This document shows positions 16,750-24,538 of a stretch of DNA of 64,000 nucleotides, piece by piece. The stretch is from a virus: positions 64,001 through 128,000 of IMG/VR virus record IMGVR_UViG_3300028827_000129; one strand, given 5' to 3'. The notes beneath the pieces are model-generated. The model had not been told where the DNA came from, searched no databases, and was given only the letters and a program-made list of their open reading frames with translations. How positions within the stretch are numbered: position 1 is the first letter of the stretch; each line of letters begins with the position of its first letter. The translations under genes and the position numbers were made by a program.

Positions 16750-17325
16750 TTAGATGATCTCATGAATAATGCCGCGATTTAAAGCTTCCCATGCAGTGAA
16801 CCAAAATTCTTTGCCCGACTTAATATAACTTAATTCCTCGTTAGAAAAATAATCACCGAAAAAATCATGAAGCCGCGCTTCTGTATTTGTTCTCAAAATA
16901 TCTATACATGACGTATGATGACTGATTTGATCTTGCCCCAGCGAAGTAGAAGCCTCATGTAACATGAAAGTAGAATACTTATAAGCCTTACGTGTCTTAC
17001 CAAGCATAAGAATATAAAGCCCGGCAGATAAACAATTGCCGCTTGCAACAGTTGTAAAATTATCAATTTCTCCTACTAGACCCTCTAAGAGGTCTAGTGC
17101 TGCTAAATCACCACCTGATGTCGTAATGTTTAAAATAACTTCATCATCACTATGTGCATCTTGTAAGATCTTCGTAACGTCAAGTATATTCTTTCTGTTT
17201 ACCTCGCCGCTAAAGAAAACTTCGTACCTCGTTTTCAGCGGCGTAACCTTTCCGAAAACTTCCTCGCCCCCCGCTTCCTCGCGGGGGTCTTCATCTTCTT
17301 CCAACCTAATACGGGGTAAAGTCAT
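16750..17325 (-). CDS. ClpP-like serine protease
   Basis: ITTSGGD, CLSAG (catalytic Ser), FMLHEAS (His), WFTAWEALNRGII. Confidence 0.85.
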   Translation of the reverse strand: MTLPRIRLEEDEDPREEAGGEEVFGKVTPLKTRYEVFFSGEVNRKNILDVTKILQDAHSDDEVILNITTSGGDLAALDLLEGLVGEIDNFTTVASGNCLSAGLYILMLGKTRKAYKYSTFMLHEASTSLGQDQISHHTSCIDILRTNTEARLHDFFGDYFSNEELSYIKSGKEFWFTAWEALNRGIIHEII

Positions 17326-17480
17326 ATAAAAACCTCCTGCCTTATGGGATATGTTTTATTATACCACAGCGCAGCGCCATAAACAAAGCCGCTGCGCTTT
17401 CTATATTGGCTATTACCACAAAAATTAGCATATCGTCTTTGGACGATATGTTTAGTAAGCAATAACCGTGCTAAAATTTT

Positions 17481-17628
17481 TTTTCGGCTTTTTCCGAAAA
17501 AAAACTTACACTATACGTTGACAAACGTAAAGGCGAGGAAAAGAACGGATAAAGCTTACGGTTAATATAAAACATGGTAATGTTCTTATATTTAAGCTTT
17601 AGACGTTCTTTGACGAGACTTTACGTTT
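17481..17628 (+). ncRNA. candidate structured element B: conserved motif plus ~105-nt rod hairpin
   Basis: Motif shared with 1593-1625; nested pairs AAACGTAAAG/CTTTACGTTT, AAGAACG/CGTTCTT, AAAGCTTA/TAAGCTTT, AATATAA/TTATATT, AACAT/ATGTT. Confidence 0.5.
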
Positions 17629-17650
17629 ATTAAAAATAATAAAACCATAA

Positions 17651-17931
17651 ATATCTCTCCCTTAAGGGGAGAGATATAAAACATAACCGTAAATATATAT
17701 ATAAAGCATAAATATATATATAAAACACACATAGGGATACGTTACTTAATATACCTTTAAGGTATATTAAGTAACGTATCCCGTATATAAAACATAAAAC
17801 ATAAAGGCCATAAGATATTCTTTAGAATATCTTATGGCCGTACCTAGGATATAAGATACTCTTTAATAGAGTATCTTATATCCGTAAAACATAAAAAACA
17901 TAGTAATAGAAAGTCGTCTTAAAAAGACGAC
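17651..17931. repeat. array of five perfect palindromes with AAAACATA-type spacers (origin-like)
   Basis: Arms of 11, 24, 16, 16 and 8 bp at 17651, 17734, 17806, 17847 and 17913. Confidence 0.9.
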
Positions 17932-17942
17932 GATAAAAAGAG

Positions 17943-17970
17943 AAAAAAATAAGGCCCCCTGCCGGGGGCC
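17943..17970 (-). terminator. intrinsic terminator
   Basis: GGCCCCC-TGCC-GGGGGCC plus T-tract on the minus strand, after the 18008 gene end. Confidence 0.8.
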
Positions 17971-18007
17971 ATGTAATTTTTCGTGGTAAACGGTAATATA
18001 AAGAACT

Positions 18008-18310
18008 TTAGTTCTTAACGGGCTTTTCATCGTCCCGCGCCGCGCTTTCTGATTTTACCTTCTCTACCATCTTGTCGATGACTTCTCTGATCTCACCTTC
18101 ATTAACGATTCCCTTGTTAACCAGTAACTGGGCTAAACCCTCGATCATAATGGCACAAGAGAGGAAGGTATGATTGTTTGTTTCTAGAATTGCTTTGTGT
18201 AGATCCTTGCCAAAGTCAGAGAGAATTGAATAGATCTCTCTTGTGATTCTTTGTAGGTCTTCTTGAGTGGGTGCTGTGTGAGAATTATTATCTTTTACTT
18301 GTTCCGCCAT
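18008..18310 (-). CDS. hypothetical protein (100 aa)
   Basis: AGGAGG SD. Confidence 0.75.
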   Translation of the reverse strand: MAEQVKDNNSHTAPTQEDLQRITREIYSILSDFGKDLHKAILETNNHTFLSCAIMIEGLAQLLVNKGIVNEGEIREVIDKMVEKVKSESAARDDEKPVKN

Positions 18311-18471
18311 TTGATCCTCCTGCTTGACTTGAAGCTTTTAATGCCTTCTTTGATGTGAGCTACTTTTATGAGCCCCATAAACGATTTGTCATCACACGTC
18401 TTTTCTAGCTGAGCTAGAAAGTTTTCATATTCCATCAAAAGATTTTTAAGTTTACTGTATGAGTTAGCCAT
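18295..18471 (-). CDS. hypothetical protein (58 aa)
   Basis: AAGGAGG SD before ATG 18471. Confidence 0.7.
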   Translation of the reverse strand: MANSYSKLKNLLMEYENFLAQLEKTCDDKSFMGLIKVAHIKEGIKSFKSSRRIKWRNK

Positions 18472-18546
18472 AAGTACCTCCTTGAATGTATTTGGTCTAG
18501 CAATATAGTATAGCCATTGATTTTCTTGGATTTTAACGTTGTGGTA

Positions 18547-18555
18547 TGGTATAAT
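18547..18555 (+). promoter_or_regulatory. sigma70-type extended -10 (TGGTATAAT)
   Basis: Lies at the divergence point upstream of 18597. Confidence 0.55.
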
Positions 18556-18596
18556 ACAAGTAGGAAGTAATATTTTTGCCATGCGGAGGTAGGCAT

Positions 18597-19088
18597 ATGA
18601 AAGACATCGATGCATATTATGACGATATGATCGAAGACGACTCTGTCGACTACAGAGTCGAGCTCAGAAAAGACAAGAACATAAGCGTTAAAACAATCAC
18701 CGGAACAACATTCAATAACTCATGTAAACGCCAAATCGACGGAGTGTGTAAGAATCATAAGCAAATTCCAATGCGCATAAACGATAAAATCGTGCATATA
18801 GACCAAGGAATAGCCAATATCGTATACGCCATGAATAACATCGACGGCATTACTACCAAGTATAGTTGCGAAGGAGATGATGCAGCTGGACAAAAGCCCT
18901 ACATTCTGTTTTCTGCGAAGTCTATAAACGCCATCAAAACCGTATGTAATCTATTTCGAGACAATGCACAAGAGGTAGATATAGTTTTAGAATGCCTTAG
19001 AGCCTCACAGAGCAGTTTTTCTAAAGAACTTGACCTAGCGGTCATATTTCATAAGAAATCGTCTCTACGGGGCTCTAAGATGCCTTAG
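18597..19088 (+). CDS. hypothetical protein with a TYW3-N-like motif (IDxxI...N..GITTKYSCEG)
   Basis: GGAGG SD before ATG 18597. Confidence 0.65.
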   Translation: MKDIDAYYDDMIEDDSVDYRVELRKDKNISVKTITGTTFNNSCKRQIDGVCKNHKQIPMRINDKIVHIDQGIANIVYAMNNIDGITTKYSCEGDDAAGQKPYILFSAKSINAIKTVCNLFRDNAQEVDIVLECLRASQSSFSKELDLAVIFHKKSSLRGSKMP

Positions 19089-19106
19089 AATCGAAAATGG
19101 AGGTAC

Positions 19107-19250
19107 ATGGACATGGTAAATTCTTATAGCTGCCCTAAATGTGGAAAAGAAGACATTGTACATCTATGGTTTCTGGACCAACAAGGAGAAGTTTGGCTAC
19201 AATGTTCTGTCTGCGAGCACGTGTGGTATCTTATTCAGAAAAATTGTTGA
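19107..19250 (+). CDS. Zn-ribbon microprotein (47 aa, CPKCG...CSVCEHVW)
   Basis: Translated by hand; GGAGG SD. Confidence 0.7.
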   Translation: MDMVNSYSCPKCGKEDIVHLWFLDQQGEVWLQCSVCEHVWYLIQKNC

Positions 19251-19263
19251 TATAATATAAAGC

Positions 19264-20091
19264 ATGAGCAACGAAAAACCAAACAAGAAACAAATCGAAG
19301 ATTTGTTGGGCGAAGACATGAAAGATGTAAAGTTTTATAGTCCTGAAGGTTATGGCAGAGCAAAGAAGGCGCTTGTAACGCTTAGTGGGCTAGCTTTGAC
19401 TCAAGATGGAAAGCTAACAAAGCACGATTGGTTTGACTTTCTTGATGTTAAGCTAGACAATTATGACGATATCATTTTGTCAGCTGATGATGCTAGACGA
19501 TTACAACATTATTTCAAGAAGTTGTCTACCGGCACTGTTTCTACGATACCCATGTATTGCGGAGGAGAAAAACATTGCCCACAAGCTGACTTTTGTGAGT
19601 TTGTAAAGTTAGGTAAAATACCTTTGGGTAGAAGATGTTTAGTGGAAGTTGAGTTAGTTGATTTTTGGACCAAACGGTATCTTGAAGAATATGATGTCGA
19701 TGTAAATGACCAGACGGATGTTTATATGATTGGTGAGCTAGCTGAGCTTAATGTCTTAGAAATGCGGATTAATAACATTTTAGCCAAATTTGAAAACTCA
19801 GAATTATCTGAAGTTACAATAGCTGGTCAGGACCAAGATGGCAGACCGATAGAAACGGTAAAAATTAGCCGTTTTTGGGAAATTAAAGAGTCGATTAAAA
19901 ACCGCAGACTTAAAATACTTGAGGCATTAGTAGGAACAAGAAAAGATAAGTATAAGAGGGATGCTGCACTAAAGCGGATGGACAGTAGTGATGGAAAGAC
20001 TTCGCTTGCAGAATTAAAACGTACTATCGATGAATATTTAAAGCAGCAAGAAATTGTAATAGACCAAGCAGAAGATATTACAAGGAAGTAA
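19264..20091 (+). CDS. putative terminase small subunit
   Basis: First large gene of the virion module; helical, Cys cluster; assignment mainly positional. Confidence 0.45.
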   Translation: MSNEKPNKKQIEDLLGEDMKDVKFYSPEGYGRAKKALVTLSGLALTQDGKLTKHDWFDFLDVKLDNYDDIILSADDARRLQHYFKKLSTGTVSTIPMYCGGEKHCPQADFCEFVKLGKIPLGRRCLVEVELVDFWTKRYLEEYDVDVNDQTDVYMIGELAELNVLEMRINNILAKFENSELSEVTIAGQDQDGRPIETVKISRFWEIKESIKNRRLKILEALVGTRKDKYKRDAALKRMDSSDGKTSLAELKRTIDEYLKQQEIVIDQAEDITRK

Positions 20092-20092
20092 A

Positions 20093-23000
20093 ATGTTACA
20101 TAGTAATAATTTTTTTAGGAATGCTTGGTTTCTTGATTTTGAGACGACTGGTCTTAACCCATCCCAGCATTATATCTGGGAAGTTGGTTATGCCAGATTC
20201 AGTGATTTAGTTTCTCCTAAAGGTAAATATAGACATTTCTTCATTAAGCCCCCGGGTGAATACAACACGGGGGCTCAAGAATTTTTAGCACATTATCGAT
20301 CTATCACTTCCCCAAAAGTTCTTGATCTTTTTGGCGTCAGAGGCTCTGAGAAGCCGTTTGTCGAGCATACACGACATCTCTTATCGAAACTATCTCAAGA
20401 CGAAAGAGAACGCCTTGGATTGCATGAGAGACGTCCGTGGCAGGAAGAAATTTCATTTATTAAAGAAAGACAGAAAGGCCGCGTTACTGGGTTTGCTGCT
20501 TTAGAGCATGCTTTAAGAGGACAGAAAGGTGCTAGTCATGTTAGGTCGTTAGAAGAGTTTTGGAATAGATTTTTTATAGAAGTCCCAATGAGAGGGTCAG
20601 ATGTCTGGGTTCAAAACTTATACTTTGAATCTAGCTTTGCTGCACAACATATCCCGAATAATTTATGGACTCAACATAAGCGTTCAATAGAGCGGTTTGA
20701 CCCAATAAGCCGTCGATTTCAACAACCTCTAGAGTTATTACAGGCAAGATCAAAAGCTTTTACTGCAGGCGATCAAATTTCCGCATGGGCTGATTATTAC
20801 AAGACATTAAGAGATGTTGTAGCAGCCGGGCCACAGAAGGGACAAATGCGGTTTTTTGACCTTATGGACCTTAGCCGCAGCATGGTAGCTCTTGCTAAGC
20901 AAAGAGGATATATAAATCCTAATCAGGGTATAGGTCTTTCAGTTGAGAGCTTCTTAAGGGCTGCTACTGCATCTGGAGATAAGCAATTTGAGTCTTTTAG
21001 GGGGAAGCTTGATGAGATTTTATCATTGGGCTATGGTGATTTAGAGAAGCATAGAGCCGTAAGTGACATTAGAGTCGAAGCGTTAATGGCCCAAAGATAT
21101 CAGCGCATAGCTGAAGCTTTATACCAAGGCCATGCTTTATCTGAAGAAGACGCCGCATTGTTAAATGCTTTACAAGATAAAAAGTTACATAGAGACATAC
21201 ACATAGAAAGGTTCAAGAATACAATTAGTGAAGCATATGAAATTGCTAAGAGTCCAGCTGGATATAAGCTGCTTGTTGGTAAGTATCCAGACTTATTCCC
21301 CGAATTTGGTACATTCAGGCCTGTTGTTGAGAAAACAAGGCCAAGTTTACGTGGACAAACATTAGAGTTGGAGCAATTTAATTACAGCTATTTTCATTCA
21401 GAGGTTGCTACAGAAAAAGATTTAAAGTCTATTTTGAAGTATCATATTCATGAGCTTAAACAGTATGTCGATATCGGAAACGAAGAATTACGGGATATTA
21501 TTAAGAAAGCTATTCCAAGAGACGTTGATGTCTCTGGCATTGTAGAAAAGCCTTCATTTGCAGAGAGCGCAGCTGGTGGACTTAAAAGATTTATTCGAGC
21601 ATCGGCAAGAGACTTGAAGGGCATTAGGTATGGTAATTTACTCGGAGTGCCGCTTGGACTTCTTGCTGTTGCATATGGCGTGCGTTCATATATGATGAAA
21701 AATGAAGATGACTTTGAAGCTATTGTATCAGACGCGCAAATTTCTAGCGATGATGAGGATTATATCCAGGTAGAAGCATTAAGTCACAAGGGCCTATCTC
21801 ATATCTCCAGAAGACAGTTGACTGATTTTGGGAGTGGCTGGCAAGGATTGCCAAAGAAGATTTTCCATGGTGCTCATGTTGGGATTTTAGAAAAAGAATT
21901 CAAAGGCTTATTAGCTAGAACAACAAAGCATATTCATGAAGGTGTTGCTGAAAGAATTTATGGCGTTTGGTTTACATCAAGCTTTAAGGAAGCAGAGGAG
22001 ATAGCTCAATTAAGAGCAGCAGCAAGAGGTACAGAGCCAGCAATCTTTGAAATTGATACAGAAGTCTTGCAGAAATATCATGTGCCTTTCCAGTCGTTTA
22101 AGGCTGAAGATGATATTATGCATTATGCTGTACAAAGAGATATCCCTATATCATTTTTGAAGATGCATAAATTAAAGACGCGCAGCCTTGAGAAAGAAGA
22201 GAAGGTTTTTGAGCTTGATATTGATGATGTATTAAAAGATTCAAAAATATCAGCCAAAGATGATGATTACAATACTATCGAATCCCTAAAACATGAAGGC
22301 GTAGCCGGAAAAAAGCGTAAAAAGAATACTGATTTCGGTAGTGGATATAGAGGTTTGCTTAGTGCACATAATTGGGAAGGCAGAAATATAGCAGAAGAGA
22401 TATTGGATTTTAGAAATGAATATATTCTTGACAAGCGCAATAGAGATGATTTGCGAGGTAGATTGCACCAAGAGCAGATTAAGGCATTAGCGAGACTTGG
22501 GCGATTCAAAGGGAAAGAAGTGCATTTAGCGACCGATCTGCCTGAATTTATTCATACAAACAAGAAGTTATATTATGTAAACACTGATGATTTTAAAGTA
22601 ACTATTGAAGACGCAGACACGTTGATTCTTAAAAGACGAGGGCTTTTAAATATATTCGACAAGCCAATCTATATCCGCGTTGCTGGCCTTGACGCCCCTG
22701 AAACTGAAGCCCACGATTTAGATCCACTATCTTTTGTTAGATGGCACCAGTCACAACCTATGGGCGAAGAGACGACAGAATTATCTAGAGATGTATACAA
22801 AAATTTGTCTCGCATCTATTTCAATCCTAGCAGACTGACATATGGTAGATATGTTGGAGTCTTAACGGACGATGAAGGAACTAATTTAAACATAAAGGCC
22901 CTAGAGGCAGGCTTGGGTACAGAGCTTTATTGGAGCAGAGATAGTTTATTTAATAAATCAGATCTTAAAAATGCGGAAGATTTTGCGAAGATAAGAGGCA

Positions 23001-23323
23001 ATGGGTTATGGCAAAGTACATATTGGCTTGCAGAAGATTATATTAATCATAACATTACGCATAACACATTGACTAGGATAGACAAGCTTGCTGAGGATGC
23101 AAACTATGCCGAGCTTGAAACTTTGCTTTATGACATAGAGAATCGTGGTAAAATCACAAAGGAAGATAGGGCTAAATTACGTATTTTGAGTGATAGTATT
23201 GTTGCAGATAAGGCATATAGGAAACGTTCGATGTCTTATTATGCTTATAAAAAATATTATTCTGGGCATGTAGGGACTGTCCAGGGGCTGCACGATAGGA
23301 AAATAAGCCACACAAAGTATTAA
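20093..23323 (+). CDS. multidomain protein: DEDDh exonuclease, TM, ART-like domain, thermonuclease
   Basis: FLDFETTGL and HRAVSD; IFHG..GVWFTSS..AIFEID..IPISFL; DADTL..IRVAGLDAPET..YGRYVG; duplicated 40-aa linker. Confidence 0.8.
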   Translation: MLHSNNFFRNAWFLDFETTGLNPSQHYIWEVGYARFSDLVSPKGKYRHFFIKPPGEYNTGAQEFLAHYRSITSPKVLDLFGVRGSEKPFVEHTRHLLSKLSQDERERLGLHERRPWQEEISFIKERQKGRVTGFAALEHALRGQKGASHVRSLEEFWNRFFIEVPMRGSDVWVQNLYFESSFAAQHIPNNLWTQHKRSIERFDPISRRFQQPLELLQARSKAFTAGDQISAWADYYKTLRDVVAAGPQKGQMRFFDLMDLSRSMVALAKQRGYINPNQGIGLSVESFLRAATASGDKQFESFRGKLDEILSLGYGDLEKHRAVSDIRVEALMAQRYQRIAEALYQGHALSEEDAALLNALQDKKLHRDIHIERFKNTISEAYEIAKSPAGYKLLVGKYPDLFPEFGTFRPVVEKTRPSLRGQTLELEQFNYSYFHSEVATEKDLKSILKYHIHELKQYVDIGNEELRDIIKKAIPRDVDVSGIVEKPSFAESAAGGLKRFIRASARDLKGIRYGNLLGVPLGLLAVAYGVRSYMMKNEDDFEAIVSDAQISSDDEDYIQVEALSHKGLSHISRRQLTDFGSGWQGLPKKIFHGAHVGILEKEFKGLLARTTKHIHEGVAERIYGVWFTSSFKEAEEIAQLRAAARGTEPAIFEIDTEVLQKYHVPFQSFKAEDDIMHYAVQRDIPISFLKMHKLKTRSLEKEEKVFELDIDDVLKDSKISAKDDDYNTIESLKHEGVAGKKRKKNTDFGSGYRGLLSAHNWEGRNIAEEILDFRNEYILDKRNRDDLRGRLHQEQIKALARLGRFKGKEVHLATDLPEFIHTNKKLYYVNTDDFKVTIEDADTLILKRRGLLNIFDKPIYIRVAGLDAPETEAHDLDPLSFVRWHQSQPMGEETTELSRDVYKNLSRIYFNPSRLTYGRYVGVLTDDEGTNLNIKALEAGLGTELYWSRDSLFNKSDLKNAEDFAKIRGNGLWQSTYWLAEDYINHNITHNTLTRIDKLAEDANYAELETLLYDIENRGKITKEDRAKLRILSDSIVADKAYRKRSMSYYAYKKYYSGHVGTVQGLHDRKISHTKY

Positions 23324-23342
23324 ATTTATATTATATTACAGC

Positions 23343-23933
23343 ATGAGACAGAATCAAATATATAAATTCGCTAGACGGGCTCAAAGGTCAGTTCAACGTT
23401 TTGGTTCTAGGGTTGCTAGAGATTCAGAGCGTTTTGTTGTTGGTAACCCGATCAAGAGGGGGCTGACTTGGGGCGCATTTACGTTTGGGATTGAAGCCCC
23501 TTTTATGAAGAGCCCATTTATGAAAGCAGCTATATTGGGCGGAGGGATATTGACAGCTAATCAAGTTCTTAACAGCGAAAGGGGCGTAATTGTAGAATCT
23601 GCAGATATTATGTTTTCAGGCTTTGGTGCAGGTTTTGGATCGTCTGCTTTTGCAATGCTTGGCGGTGCTGTTATGCCTGGATTAGGTCATGTGATTGGGT
23701 GGGCGGCAGGAGCTTTAATTGGTGGCGGTTTAGGATCAGAAGTTGTTGATGAGATCCATAGAGCTGCTATAAAGGGTCATTCGTTAGCAGTGCCTACCTT
23801 TAGAGGTGGTAATAAATTTATAGATTCTGAAATGACGTATACAATGAGACAGAGGGCAGTTGCTGCTATTCAAAAATCACATATGAATGCTAGGTTTATG
23901 TTAGGCAATGAAGCAAGAATTATGCATGTTTAA
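23343..23933 (+). CDS. Gly/Ala-rich hydrophobic protein (ejection/membrane-protein-like)
   Basis: GxxxG glycine-zipper segments. Confidence 0.6.
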   Translation: MRQNQIYKFARRAQRSVQRFGSRVARDSERFVVGNPIKRGLTWGAFTFGIEAPFMKSPFMKAAILGGGILTANQVLNSERGVIVESADIMFSGFGAGFGSSAFAMLGGAVMPGLGHVIGWAAGALIGGGLGSEVVDEIHRAAIKGHSLAVPTFRGGNKFIDSEMTYTMRQRAVAAIQKSHMNARFMLGNEARIMHV

Positions 23934-23945
23934 GGGGAATATAAC

Positions 23946-24530
23946 ATGGCTAATATAAGGTCTAATGAAGGGTTTAATAGCTGGGATGCAATAAGACTTG
24001 GTACCGGGCTTATGTTAGGCGGATGGGGTATCCGCATAGCGTCTAAAGCGATGTCTCGCTTTGTTGGAGATACTCTTTTCGGTACTTTAAAAGGTGCTGG
24101 TAGTTATGCTATGAGAAAGGGGACAAAGCTTGCTGGTAGGTCTTATGAGTTCTCTAAGAATGCAGCGACTTCTGCATATTCTGGGTTTCTTTCTGGCTAT
24201 AGAGGTGAGGCTGGTGTAGGTACAGCTTTTATGGCAGGTAGTCGCGCAAGGGCTTTAAGTGCTGCAGCAAGGAGGAGCGCTTCTGCTTTTTCTTATGGTT
24301 TTTCTGGACGTGGGCCAATGTCTGCTTTTGGCGGCACTAAATATACCCGCGCTGCTGCTAGTCTTGGCAATTATTTTGGCGGTGGTGCGGCTGGCCTGGG
24401 AGCTTCTAAAACTTTATATAGCAGATTGCAGCCTCATCTTGGTGATATTTCTCAAAGGGCTTTTACTAGAGCTATGAGGGTTGGAGGAGCATCTCTAGGC
24501 GCTTATATGCTAAACCCGTTTAGTGATTGA
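23946..24530 (+). CDS. Gly/Ala/Ser-rich basic protein
   Basis: Low-complexity composition; located between TerS and TerL. Confidence 0.6.
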   Translation: MANIRSNEGFNSWDAIRLGTGLMLGGWGIRIASKAMSRFVGDTLFGTLKGAGSYAMRKGTKLAGRSYEFSKNAATSAYSGFLSGYRGEAGVGTAFMAGSRARALSAAARRSASAFSYGFSGRGPMSAFGGTKYTRAAASLGNYFGGGAAGLGASKTLYSRLQPHLGDISQRAFTRAMRVGGASLGAYMLNPFSD

Positions 24531-24538
24531 GGCAATTT

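Noticed and set aside
17630-17940. CRISPR array
   Set aside because: No identical direct repeats with regular spacers; the units are distinct palindromes and no cas genes are present
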